NCBI GenBank assembly: GCA_963666985.2
Contig: CAXXIA010000002.1
Location: 2,528,001 to 2,592,000 of the forward strand
Direction of reading: 5' to 3'
DNA length: 64,000 nucleotides
From: Spirochaetia bacterium
Lineage (GTDB): Bacteria; Spirochaetota; Spirochaetia; DSM-2461
Shown here in pieces: positions 37,554-47,022 of this stretch. The notes under the pieces are model-generated. The model did no database searches, was not told where the DNA came from, and was given only the letters and a program-made list of their open reading frames with translations. A program made the position numbers and the translations under genes. How positions within the stretch are numbered: the first letter of the stretch is position 1; every line of letters begins with the position of its first letter.

Positions 37554-38362
37554 TGAATCAAGATCAGGTCAAAGAAATCCTTTTGCAAATTAAATCCGAG
37601 GTTCCTGATTTCCAAGTTATCTTCTCAGGGAAAGAACGTCGGAAAGTTGACGGCCTCTATAAGCCCGACACCCAAGAAATCATCATCCACAATAAAAACT
37701 TCAAAGAGTCGCACAGTCTTATATTCACTGCCGTTCACGAGTTCGCTCATCACATCCTTTTTCACGAAGAAGGATGGAACGTTTCCAAATCGCACAATAC
37801 TCATTTCTGGAATACCTTTTACGACCTGCTGGATGAAGCCGAAAAGAAAGGCCTCTGGATTGATCCACTTAAAAAAGAAGAGGAACTGCTGAAGAAAATA
37901 AAGGAAGTGCAGGATTCTTTAAGTGGTGTCACCAAGAAAGAAAAAGACGTCGGCCGCGATTTCATAAAAGTTGTTGAGCTGGCCCTGAACTGTGGGGTTG
38001 AGGTTAACCACATCTGCCGCCGCTATCTCCGGATGAAACCGGCCACAATGAAGCACTACGTCATGCTCTTCGTTACGAACATCTCCTCTGATCTTAGCCC
38101 TGATGCATCGCTGGAAGTCTCCCGGATTAAGAATCTTGAGAAACGGGAACTCCTTCAAGCCTCCCTTACAGAAGGCCGAACCATCAGCCAAGCCAAAGAG
38201 TCCATTCTGGGACGAGTGGAGACGGAAGAATCCGAGCGGGATCAAATCGCCGATATGTGGCAACAGATTGCCAGGCTGGAAAAGGAAGTAACCAAGAGGG
38301 AACACCGGATTGAAGAACTGAAGGCCCAAATCGAAAGCATACAGGAGAGCGCAAATGGCTAA
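37550..38362 (+). CDS. HExxH zinc metalloprotease-like protein with C-terminal coiled coil
   Basis: GLYKPDTQEIII...AVHEFAHH...SHN..FW (SprT/ImmA-like). Confidence 0.7.
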   Translation: MMNQDQVKEILLQIKSEVPDFQVIFSGKERRKVDGLYKPDTQEIIIHNKNFKESHSLIFTAVHEFAHHILFHEEGWNVSKSHNTHFWNTFYDLLDEAEKKGLWIDPLKKEEELLKKIKEVQDSLSGVTKKEKDVGRDFIKVVELALNCGVEVNHICRRYLRMKPATMKHYVMLFVTNISSDLSPDASLEVSRIKNLEKRELLQASLTEGRTISQAKESILGRVETEESERDQIADMWQQIARLEKEVTKREHRIEELKAQIESIQESANG

Positions 38363-39380
38363 AGGATTACTGGGAGACCAAACATCTATTGATCTGCCGA
38401 AAACACAGTTGACGGTTATTACCCAAGAACCTGTTGACTCCCTGACCCCCCATCCGGAGAACGGCAAGTATTTCAGTGACATGGCAGGTGAAGTCTGGGA
38501 GGCCTTTCTCGAAGACATCAAAGAGAACGGCATCACCGAGCCACTCACCATCGATGAAGCGACCCGCTACATTATAAAAGGAAACCAGCGCCATCGGGCG
38601 GCTGTTATTCTTCAGCTGGAAACCGTGCCCTGCATCGTGAGGCCCTACGAGGATGAACAGGACGCCCTGGACGATCTGATCCGCGATAACGCCATGCGGC
38701 GGGACATGGGGCTTCTGGACAAGTACAAGCTGGTGGGCCACCTGAAACAGCGCCTGGAAGATCGACGCGGAGGGAATGCCCGAGGCGGCGGAGAGAACAA
38801 AGGCGGGAGTGGAACTGTTCCGCCTCGGGATCAAATCTGCCAGATCCTGGGGCTTCATAAAAATGATGTCACAGCCGCCCTGTTTCTTGAAGGCCTTGAT
38901 GCAGATGCAAAAGCGGCGTTCTTCGAGTGGGTGAATAAATACAACCCATCCAAGACGAATCTCTATGAGAAGGTCAAAGAACTTAAAGCCGCGAAGAAAG
39001 AGCTGGATGATGAGAAGAAGGCTCTGAAAAAAGAGATAAAAGATCAGAAGGCCCGCATCAAGGATTTGGAACATCTGGAAGAAGAGAAGGCCCGCCTGGA
39101 AACCGACCGGCAGATTCTGGATAACTGGAAAGAATCCGATCCCAAGCTCTGCGCGGATTCTCGGTATTTTGCCGACGGCATGAAACATGCCGACAAGGTG
39201 ATTCAAATCATGACCGAAGAATTGGCATACCTGCGGGATATGCCGATGAGCAAGCAGGCCGCCATGGCTTTGCATGATCCAATCCTTCAAATACTGGAAA
39301 ACCTCACCGACTACAAGGCTGTGCTGTTCCAGAAATACATCGCGGTTTTGGATGATGAAGAAGAGGACGATGAGGAATAG
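38355..39380 (+). CDS. ParB N-terminal domain protein with coiled coil
   Basis: LTPHPEN, DIKENGITEPL, IIKGNQRHRAA, VPCIV, DNAMRR. Confidence 0.82.
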   Translation: MAKGLLGDQTSIDLPKTQLTVITQEPVDSLTPHPENGKYFSDMAGEVWEAFLEDIKENGITEPLTIDEATRYIIKGNQRHRAAVILQLETVPCIVRPYEDEQDALDDLIRDNAMRRDMGLLDKYKLVGHLKQRLEDRRGGNARGGGENKGGSGTVPPRDQICQILGLHKNDVTAALFLEGLDADAKAAFFEWVNKYNPSKTNLYEKVKELKAAKKELDDEKKALKKEIKDQKARIKDLEHLEEEKARLETDRQILDNWKESDPKLCADSRYFADGMKHADKVIQIMTEELAYLRDMPMSKQAAMALHDPILQILENLTDYKAVLFQKYIAVLDDEEEDDEE

Positions 39381-39382
39381 CC

Positions 39383-41062
39383 ATGGAAGAGCTTGCCGGT
39401 ATCAAATCGAAATATAGAGAAACAGCATATAACCGGGCAGTTCTGGTGAACAGTTTTTTAGAGTTTGATCCCGCCCGGACGGTTAAAGGTTCGAAGGAAT
39501 TCATTAATCATTTTCTGCCTCTTCATCCGGATCTGGTCGAATTGCTTGAGAAGATTCCGTCTCCCAGTACGTTCTATAGATGGGTTCGCTCTTATCTTAA
39601 TTCCGGCCGGAATATCGCTACCCTGGCTCCAAGATACCAAGACGGTGATGGGGCCGGATCAAAAGCCTTAACGGAAAAAGAACAGAGCGTTCTTTTGATG
39701 TTCTGGATGACTCCGGCGGCGTGGTCGGTGAAGAAGTGTATAGACGAGGCTGAAAAAGCGCTGGGGCATAAAATCAGCTACGCCACCGCATTGCGTTATC
39801 TGGACAGCCAACCAAAGGCTTACAGGTACGCTTTCCGAAGCGGACGGAAAAAAGTAAATGACAAGGTAATGCCGTACATCGAACGAAACCCGGCATTTCT
39901 TGCATCCATGGAACAGGTAACCAGTGACCATCATATGCTGGACTTCTTTGTACAAAAAGACGGTAAGGTATTCCGTCCCTGGATAACGGCTTTCACTGAT
40001 TTACGGAGCCGGAAAGTTCTAAGCTGGGTGATGTGTGAGAACCCGAATAAACTAACGGTTCTTCATACGCTCCAGATAATGACACATGAATTCGGAATCC
40101 CCGAAAAGCTGATTTTCGATAACGGTAAAGATTACAGGTCGGAACTGCTTCGGGGCGGATTCAAAGAGGTGAAGGGCTTTGATTATGAGCTGATCGATAA
40201 GCCCAAAAAGATAGAACTGCAAGGCGTCTTTGGAAGTCTGGGGTGTAAGGTCATTTACGCTGAGCCCTATCATGGCCAATCCAAACCGATTGAGCGTTGG
40301 TTCCGCACACTGGCCGAACGGTTCAGTAAAGAGCAGGCTACCTACTGCGGAAGCAATACCGCTACCCGCCCGGATGAAGCCAAGCTGTACCACCAAACCA
40401 TCGGCCAGATGAAAAAGAAGGATGTGGTTCTCTCTTTCGATGAGGCCTATGCCCGCCTGAATTGCTATATCGACGAATACAACAGCACGTGGGAGCACAC
40501 GGGTAAAGGGATGGACGGGAACACACCGGACTTTATCTTCAAAGCCAATTTGAAAGGCAAGAGGATTCTTCATGATTCGGCACGGCGGAGGATTTTCACC
40601 GAAGCGGAAATCAGAACGGTAAGCCGTGAGGGTGTGCAGATTGAAAGCACCTATTTCTACAACACCGACATGATGGAACTGATCGGCCAGAAAGTCATTG
40701 TTCGCAAGCCGTTGTATTCGGATGCCTTTGTGATTATCTGCGATTTGGATGACCGGGAGTTGATGAGCGCCGTCAGGGATTTGCACGGCGACACCGGCGA
40801 TGTTACGGAAAATAATAATCGCAAGAAGTCCGCCCATAAAGAAATCCGTTCAAAGATAAAACATTTTGAAGACAAAATCCGTCAAGCCAAAGGACTGCCG
40901 GAGATTGAAGAGTACGAAATCCAGAAAGCGGCCAAGCATCAGGAGTATCTGGAAGAGTACAAAAAGGCGGTTGGAGCCGAGAACGAATCGAATCCTTCCC
41001 TCCTGGGGGGAACTTCCCGGCCCTACCGAAAACCAAAACCCCATTTACACCTTTTAGGGTGA
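39383..41062 (+). CDS. MuA-like DDE transposase
   Basis: PSPSTFYRW HTH; SDHH, FDNGKDY, SKPIERWF. Confidence 0.93.
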   Translation: MEELAGIKSKYRETAYNRAVLVNSFLEFDPARTVKGSKEFINHFLPLHPDLVELLEKIPSPSTFYRWVRSYLNSGRNIATLAPRYQDGDGAGSKALTEKEQSVLLMFWMTPAAWSVKKCIDEAEKALGHKISYATALRYLDSQPKAYRYAFRSGRKKVNDKVMPYIERNPAFLASMEQVTSDHHMLDFFVQKDGKVFRPWITAFTDLRSRKVLSWVMCENPNKLTVLHTLQIMTHEFGIPEKLIFDNGKDYRSELLRGGFKEVKGFDYELIDKPKKIELQGVFGSLGCKVIYAEPYHGQSKPIERWFRTLAERFSKEQATYCGSNTATRPDEAKLYHQTIGQMKKKDVVLSFDEAYARLNCYIDEYNSTWEHTGKGMDGNTPDFIFKANLKGKRILHDSARRRIFTEAEIRTVSREGVQIESTYFYNTDMMELIGQKVIVRKPLYSDAFVIICDLDDRELMSAVRDLHGDTGDVTENNNRKKSAHKEIRSKIKHFEDKIRQAKGLPEIEEYEIQKAAKHQEYLEEYKKAVGAENESNPSLLGGTSRPYRKPKPHLHLLG

Positions 41063-41072
41063 GGAGAAAATC

Positions 41073-41999
41073 ATGAACGAAATCGGACGTAAGTTTTTTG
41101 AATATATCGAAGAGAAGGAAATCAGCCAGAGTCAGGCTTCCAAGATGATGAATCTCTCGGCTGGCGTTCTCTCGGCTTATAAATCGGACGAATACAAAGG
41201 CAGTATCAAGAACGTTGAGGAGAGGATGGATAAGTTCCTGCGGTCGGAAGAAAGCCGCCGCCGAGCTTTGAAGATTGAGATCCTTCCCATCGGTCCTTAC
41301 CGTCAGATTCAGGATGCCTGCGACATCGCTTTGGAAGAAGGAGATATCGCGGTGATAACAGGCTCGGCAGGAGTGGGGAAGACAACAGCATTGGAAGCCT
41401 ATGTGAAGGAATCCTACGGCTCGGCCGTCATGATCAAAGTGGATAAAACCTTCACCCAGTACAAGCTAATCCGGGAGCTGGCTCAAAGTTTGGGAGTTTT
41501 AAGTAAAGGTTCGGCCGGGAGCGTCACCGAAAGAATCATAGAGAGCCTTAAGAATCATAACCGCGTGGTGATTATCGACGAGGCCGACTATCTTTCTCCA
41601 AACTCCCTGGAATACCTGCGACAGGCGGTGAACGACAAAGGGGAAAGCGGCTTGGTACTCTGTGGTATCCAGCGGCTGGCCCATCAGATCAAGCGGGATT
41701 CGAATGACCATGACCAGCTCTTATCTCGCGTCGGTGTTCATTTGGCCATCGATTCCATCAGCGATCAGGATCTGATACTGGTCATCAAAAGTGTCTATCC
41801 CAAAATGAATCAGAAGCTCATTCGGAAGCTTTTGATTAACAGCAAGATGAGGTTCTACGGTCAGGATGAACCCTCGCTTCGAACCTTGACGAAACTTCTC
41901 AAACGGCTCCATCGGTTCCTCTGGAAATACGATATGGAAGAGCCGGACGAAGAAGCCATCGACAGCGTCGCTTCACTCGTTATGCGGAGGGCTATGTAA
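41073..41999 (+). CDS. MuB-like AAA ATPase
   Basis: N-terminal HTH; GSAGVGKT; IIDEAD; QLLSRVG. Confidence 0.92.
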   Translation: MNEIGRKFFEYIEEKEISQSQASKMMNLSAGVLSAYKSDEYKGSIKNVEERMDKFLRSEESRRRALKIEILPIGPYRQIQDACDIALEEGDIAVITGSAGVGKTTALEAYVKESYGSAVMIKVDKTFTQYKLIRELAQSLGVLSKGSAGSVTERIIESLKNHNRVVIIDEADYLSPNSLEYLRQAVNDKGESGLVLCGIQRLAHQIKRDSNDHDQLLSRVGVHLAIDSISDQDLILVIKSVYPKMNQKLIRKLLINSKMRFYGQDEPSLRTLTKLLKRLHRFLWKYDMEEPDEEAIDSVASLVMRRAM

Positions 42000-42127
42000 T
42001 GGAAACCATAATAACAATTCTCGGCATTTTGAGTTTGTTGATCTTTGCTGTCGGATCAGTTGTGGAAACCTTCCACAAACGAGATCGGCGGGGATGCGGT
42101 TTCCCCAAATCAAGGAGTAGGAAATGA
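41999..42127 (+). CDS. 42-aa single-TM early protein
   Basis: METIITILGILSLLIFAVGSVV...; overlaps both neighbours (TAATG and ATGA). Confidence 0.55.
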   Translation: METIITILGILSLLIFAVGSVVETFHKRDRRGCGFPKSRSRK

Positions 42128-42720
42128 ACGAAGAATATATGGAAAACAGGGCCGGGGAAAGAATTCCCAAAGCCGCCGTGAAAACCAAGGATATCCTTCG
42201 GGATGAGTGGGTAAAGGAGAGAATCCAAAGGGCTAAGGAGATTCGGGATTTGATCTTTGACTTCCGTATCGAAACCCTTCGGGGGATGGAAGATTTGGAA
42301 GATTTACTGGCCGCTGAATACGGAGTGGAACTGCGTTCCAATACTAAGGGCAACCGTTCCATAACCTCCTTTAACGGCAGGCTGAAAGTGGAGAGGGATT
42401 CGCGTGAAATTACAGCCTTTGATGAACAAATCCATATCGCCAAAGAGCTGATTGACGAATGCCTGGAAGATTGGACCAAGGACGGCCGGATGGAAATTAA
42501 AGCTATCGTTCAAAAGGCCTTTAAACTCGACAAAAGAGGCCGCATGAATATCCGGGAAATCAAGAGCCTGCGGCAGTTTGAGTTTGATGATAATCGGTGG
42601 AAAAAAGCCATGGAGATTATCGCCGATTCGGAAGTCTTCCTCCAAAGTAAAATTTCGGTTTCCTTTCATCAGAAGCGGGCGATTGACGGGAAGTGGACTC
42701 GGTTGGAATTAAAAATGTGA
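42124..42720 (+). CDS. DUF3164-family Mu-like phage protein
   Basis: KGN.S..SFNG..KV, FDEQIHIAKELIDECL..W, WKKAMEIIADS. Confidence 0.82.
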   Translation: MNEEYMENRAGERIPKAAVKTKDILRDEWVKERIQRAKEIRDLIFDFRIETLRGMEDLEDLLAAEYGVELRSNTKGNRSITSFNGRLKVERDSREITAFDEQIHIAKELIDECLEDWTKDGRMEIKAIVQKAFKLDKRGRMNIREIKSLRQFEFDDNRWKKAMEIIADSEVFLQSKISVSFHQKRAIDGKWTRLELKM

Positions 42721-42745
42721 AGCTGTTTCGGCGGGTAAGGATTTG

Positions 42746-43195
42746 ATGGATAAAAACAAGTGGATTCAAATTATCCACGTTGCTAAAAGAGACTTGAGAT
42801 TACAGGATGATGAATACCGGCTGATTCTGCAAAGCGCCGCCGGTATTACATCCGCATCCGAACTCTCTTCATCTTTTCAATTCAACCAAATCATGACCGC
42901 CTTTAAGAAGCTGGGCTTTCATTCGAACCGTCCCCGGCAAACGACAAGAAGAAAACACGAAAACCGCTGGGGCTGTTCCGAGGCCCAGCGGTCCTACATT
43001 GAAGGACTCTGGAAACTCATGAGCCGCCGAAAGGATCTGGAAAGTCTGGAGGCAATGGTGAAGAGAATTGCCCATGTCGATCATCCCAGGTTTTTAAATA
43101 CGAAAAGCGCTACCCCGGTGATTCTGGCCATGCGTCAGATGTGCCAGGACCAAGGGATCAATCCCGATAGGAAAGATTACGATGACCAGAGATGA
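42746..43195 (+). CDS. gemA: GemA/gp16 (DUF1018) regulatory protein
   Basis: IHVAKRDL.L.DDEYR..L...G..SASEL...FKKLGF. Confidence 0.85.
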   Translation: MDKNKWIQIIHVAKRDLRLQDDEYRLILQSAAGITSASELSSSFQFNQIMTAFKKLGFHSNRPRQTTRRKHENRWGCSEAQRSYIEGLWKLMSRRKDLESLEAMVKRIAHVDHPRFLNTKSATPVILAMRQMCQDQGINPDRKDYDDQR

Positions 43196-43472
43196 AAACA
43201 GCTATGAGATATTCGAACAAATCGCATCCATTGTCGGAGAGGATGATGCGTTTTCAATTTGCGAAATGTTTGCCGGTGAACAAATCCTTTTTCCCAAAGC
43301 CATTTTACGAATGAAACGAAATTATGAAATCCGAAAAGAATTCAAGAAGGGTTCATCCTATAGGGCTTTATCTCTTAAATACGATTTGACCACACGTCAG
43401 GTTCGAACGATTTGCCATCCTGAAAAAGGATACAGTGAAATTCAGATGGATCTTTTTGAAGCGTTGTCATAA
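43182..43472 (+). CDS. Mor/C-family transcription activator
   Basis: FAGEQILFPK...RNYEIRKEF..G.SY..LS.KYDLTTRQVRTI. Confidence 0.85.
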   Translation: MTRDENSYEIFEQIASIVGEDDAFSICEMFAGEQILFPKAILRMKRNYEIRKEFKKGSSYRALSLKYDLTTRQVRTICHPEKGYSEIQMDLFEALS

Positions 43473-43477
43473 AGCGC

Positions 43478-43523
43478 TTTTGAAATAATTCAATTCATTA
43501 ATTCAACAGAGATTATTTAAGCT
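43478..43523 (+). promoter_or_regulatory. Late-promoter activator motif, copy 3, with -10 hexamer
   Basis: TTTTGAAATAATTCAATTCATTAATTCA (24/28 match to copies 1 and 2), then 12 nt, TAAGCT, 6 nt, GTG. Confidence 0.7.
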
Positions 43524-43529
43524 TCGCCT

Positions 43530-43991
43530 GTGAGAAACTGCGAACAGGCACGCGACTTATATATCAAAGGCTCCTCGATAAGCGGTATTGCTTCAGAGCT
43601 GGACGTCTCATTGCAAACGGTTTACAGCTGGCGCAAAAGTGATGAAGGTACCGAGAAAGATTGGGATAAAGCCAAGCGCGTCTATCTCATGTCGCCTGTT
43701 GAGCTGTCGGGTATTTTCATGGATTCGGTCAAGAAGATGATTCTGGAGATTTCTGAAGATCCCATGAAATTGGCCGATCCTAAGTATGCCGATGCCATTA
43801 CAAAATGCATCGCCGCCATGAAGAAGATCGATCCCATGTACAATTATATGGGAGCCTCTCTTGATTTGATGAGGGTAATCGATCAGTACCTGAAGAAGAC
43901 CGATACCGAACTGGCCAAGAGAATGCAGAGCCACTGGCCCGGCATCAAAGAAGAGATGGAACGGTTCGCCACACGGGACGGCCTATTCTAA
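43530..43991 (+). CDS. Terminase small subunit (DUF1804-like)
   Basis: N-terminal HTH ARDLY..G.S..IA..L.VS..TVYSW..WDKAK; directly before TerL. Confidence 0.75.
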   Translation: MRNCEQARDLYIKGSSISGIASELDVSLQTVYSWRKSDEGTEKDWDKAKRVYLMSPVELSGIFMDSVKKMILEISEDPMKLADPKYADAITKCIAAMKKIDPMYNYMGASLDLMRVIDQYLKKTDTELAKRMQSHWPGIKEEMERFATRDGLF

Positions 43992-45544
43992 TGAACGATC
44001 GCCTGAGCCGGGTTAAGAGTGCCAGGGATTTTCAAAAACAATGGGACGCTCTGGCCGCTGAGATCTTTTCCCGAACCCCCTTTGAAGACGGGAGTTCAAA
44101 GGAAGATAGAAAAGAGGCGGCATCGAAAGATCCGTGGTCCATGGCCCTGGTTTATTTCCCCGAATATGTCAGGAACGAAGGAGCCCCTTTTCACAAGAGA
44201 TGGCCGAAGATTGCAGGCATAGAGAATGCACCAGTTCTGATTGAAGCTTTTCGTGGTGCGGGGAAATCAACGTTCTTCACTTTTCTTGATAGCGTTTACA
44301 ACATCCTTTTTGGAGACTATAAATTCATGCTCTTTGCCTCATACACAGAGGATAAAAGCAAGGTCTTCACCGGAAGGATTCTTCTGGAACTCAAATACAA
44401 CAAGAGGATTACAGAGGACTTCGGTCGGATTATTAATCCGCTTTTGGACTTCTCCGCCGTGGGTAATTTCGCCGCCAAGGTTGACGGCCGCCGGATCATG
44501 GTCATGGCCTGTTCCATAGGGCAAGATCCCAGGGGCCTGGTTTCCGGAGCTTACCGACCGGATTATGTCCGCCTCGATGATATCCAAAATCGTAAACGAG
44601 CCAGGAATCCGGAATGGGTCAAGCAGACTGTCGAGTGGATCACCGCCGACCTTGTACCTGCTCTGGCGGAAACCTATAACATGAAAATCGCCGCAACTTC
44701 TGTCAGGCCTCGGGATGTCGTTCACTTCTTAAAAGAAGGGGCGGAGACAAGGGAGCCGGTGAAATCCTACAGCTTCCCGGCTTTGGATAAATACGGGAAA
44801 TCCACATGGTCAGCTTATTTTCCACTGAAGAGATTGGAACAAATAAAGAAAACAATCGGAGCCTTGGTCTTCCGGCAGGAATATCTTCTTATTCCATATG
44901 CAGAAGAAGACGGCAAGGTTCAAGAGTCCTGGTTGTTGGACTACGATCCGGCAGAAGTCAGGGAAAAAGAATATTTGGTGAAGGTCTCAGCCCTTGATCC
45001 GGGCGGTGGCAAAGCTACAAAGAAACACGACTTTAAGGCTCATATCTGTATCGGCCTGAATCCCGGCCCCGAGATTGATATTCTGGAAGCCCGAATCAGA
45101 AGGGAGACTCCCCGGAGGATGATTGAGGGCTGCTATCTCATTCATGAAAAGTGGGAACCTTGGCAGACCTTCTGGGAAGAGAACGGACAGCAGAGTCTCT
45201 TGAAGGATACCTTCGATTTCATGGCCGAGAGGTTCGGCTATCCGCTCCGGCTGAAGGCCGTAACCAATACCCAGAATAAAGAGATGCGAATTGAGGGGAC
45301 ACTCTTCACGCTTTTGGAAAACCACTGCATTCGGTTCCATCCGACAAACGCCGATCAGAAGCTTTTAAAAGAACAGCTACTGGATCTTTTTGATGGAGCC
45401 AACGACGACGGTCCGGATGCTCTGGAAATGGCCGTAAGAAAAGGATTGCAGAAACTGAAAAGCATCATGAAGGGTTCTCATTCAGATGTGGTTTCAATTA
45501 AACGGCGGATTGTTCCCAAAGGACTGGAGGGGTATTACACGTGA
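43991..45544 (+). CDS. Terminase large subunit
   Basis: FRGAGKST, RGL..G..RPD...LDD, FRQEY, ALDP, DDGPDAL. Confidence 0.92.
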   Translation: MNDRLSRVKSARDFQKQWDALAAEIFSRTPFEDGSSKEDRKEAASKDPWSMALVYFPEYVRNEGAPFHKRWPKIAGIENAPVLIEAFRGAGKSTFFTFLDSVYNILFGDYKFMLFASYTEDKSKVFTGRILLELKYNKRITEDFGRIINPLLDFSAVGNFAAKVDGRRIMVMACSIGQDPRGLVSGAYRPDYVRLDDIQNRKRARNPEWVKQTVEWITADLVPALAETYNMKIAATSVRPRDVVHFLKEGAETREPVKSYSFPALDKYGKSTWSAYFPLKRLEQIKKTIGALVFRQEYLLIPYAEEDGKVQESWLLDYDPAEVREKEYLVKVSALDPGGGKATKKHDFKAHICIGLNPGPEIDILEARIRRETPRRMIEGCYLIHEKWEPWQTFWEENGQQSLLKDTFDFMAERFGYPLRLKAVTNTQNKEMRIEGTLFTLLENHCIRFHPTNADQKLLKEQLLDLFDGANDDGPDALEMAVRKGLQKLKSIMKGSHSDVVSIKRRIVPKGLEGYYT

Positions 45545-47022
45545 AATTCGCACCGGAAGATAAAATAAAGAAACAGGCTCTGCAATATGCAACACTCGAT
45601 AAAGCTCTGGGTGGCGTCTATCTAATTCTTGATGTCCTGCCTGATCCTGATAAAGTGCTGCGAAAAGCCGGTAAAGGAGTCGAAGCCCTACGGGATCTTC
45701 TGGTGGACGACCAGATGGAAGCCTGCTGGAATGTTCGCAAAGCGGCCTTGAAAAAAACCGGTTGGCACCTTGTCCCCGGTGGAGAGTCGGCCGGGGAGAA
45801 ACAAGCCTGTGCCGAACTCTTAGCGCTCTTTTCCGAAGCCTATGATATGGACCGAATCCAGGGGGAAATGATCGAGGCGGCCGCTCTGGGATTCTCTCCC
45901 CTGGAAATCCTCTGGCTCTCAAAGGGCGGGAAGTGGATACCTTCCGACTTGGTTGGAAAGCCGACCGAATGGTTTTGCTTTGGCGAGAAAAAAGAGCTGC
46001 GGTTCCGAACTTCTTATATCGTCACAGAAGAGGCCCCGGTGAATCGCTTCCTGATTGTCAGCAATGGGGCCAGCTATGCAAATCCCTATGGCTCAAAGCA
46101 GTTTTCCAAATGCTACTGGCCGGTTCAATTCAAGCGGAACGGCTGGAGGTGGTGGGCACTCTTTGTCGAAAAGTTTGGCGGTTCTTTTTTGACGGGTGCC
46201 TACGATGAGAACGCAACCCCAGAGGATAAAAAAGCTCTTCTCGACGGCCTCTACAATTTGATTTCAGGAGGGGCCGCCATCTTCCCGGAAAAGACCAAGG
46301 TGAATACCATCTCGGATTCCGGCAAATCAATGGGCGGAACCCTGCATCAGAAGTTCGAGGAGTTCTCCAACGCCGCCATCTCCAAAGTGCTTCTGGGTCA
46401 GACTCTAACGACCGAAGTTCTCACCGGTTCTATGGCGGCCGCCAATGTTCACAATCTGGTGCGGGAGGATATTCGGCTTTCAGATCTGAAGATGTGCTCG
46501 TCGGCCTGGAACCGGCTCTGCAAAATGTACACCCTTTTTAATTATGGTGATGGGGTAAAAGCTCCCCGCTTCAGTTATGAAGGGGAAGAGGATCTGCAAA
46601 CCGCCAGAGCCTCTCGTGATATCAACCTGAAAAGCCTGGGCGTACAATTCAATGAAACCTACTTCAAAGAAGTCTATGGACTCTCTGAAGATCACTTTTC
46701 TGTAAGCACCGACTCAGAGCCTCAGCAGGGCGACTTCTCCGTCGAACCCTCCGGCCTGGTAACGTTCAGTCAGGACAAAGCCAGTGACGACATGATGAAC
46801 GACTTCATGGCCGACAAAGAAAGGGACGGCCAGGAGATCATGGACAAGATGATCGAGCTGTTCCAGAAAGAAGTCGAATCCGCTGATAGCTGGGAAGCTG
46901 CACAGCAGAACCTCATGAAGAAAATCAAATCCAAAGAGATGTACTCCCAAAGAAAGAAGCTGGCCGGGGTGTTGAATAATGTCCGATACGTCGGAGTCAA
47001 CACCGGGGCTTCCGATGCCTGA
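45541..47022 (+). CDS. Portal protein (Mu gp29 / DUF935)
   Basis: LPDPDKVLRK, GFSPLEILW, NPYG, FVEKFG, ISKVLLGQTLTT, VHNLVR. Confidence 0.92.
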   Translation: MKFAPEDKIKKQALQYATLDKALGGVYLILDVLPDPDKVLRKAGKGVEALRDLLVDDQMEACWNVRKAALKKTGWHLVPGGESAGEKQACAELLALFSEAYDMDRIQGEMIEAAALGFSPLEILWLSKGGKWIPSDLVGKPTEWFCFGEKKELRFRTSYIVTEEAPVNRFLIVSNGASYANPYGSKQFSKCYWPVQFKRNGWRWWALFVEKFGGSFLTGAYDENATPEDKKALLDGLYNLISGGAAIFPEKTKVNTISDSGKSMGGTLHQKFEEFSNAAISKVLLGQTLTTEVLTGSMAAANVHNLVREDIRLSDLKMCSSAWNRLCKMYTLFNYGDGVKAPRFSYEGEEDLQTARASRDINLKSLGVQFNETYFKEVYGLSEDHFSVSTDSEPQQGDFSVEPSGLVTFSQDKASDDMMNDFMADKERDGQEIMDKMIELFQKEVESADSWEAAQQNLMKKIKSKEMYSQRKKLAGVLNNVRYVGVNTGASDA

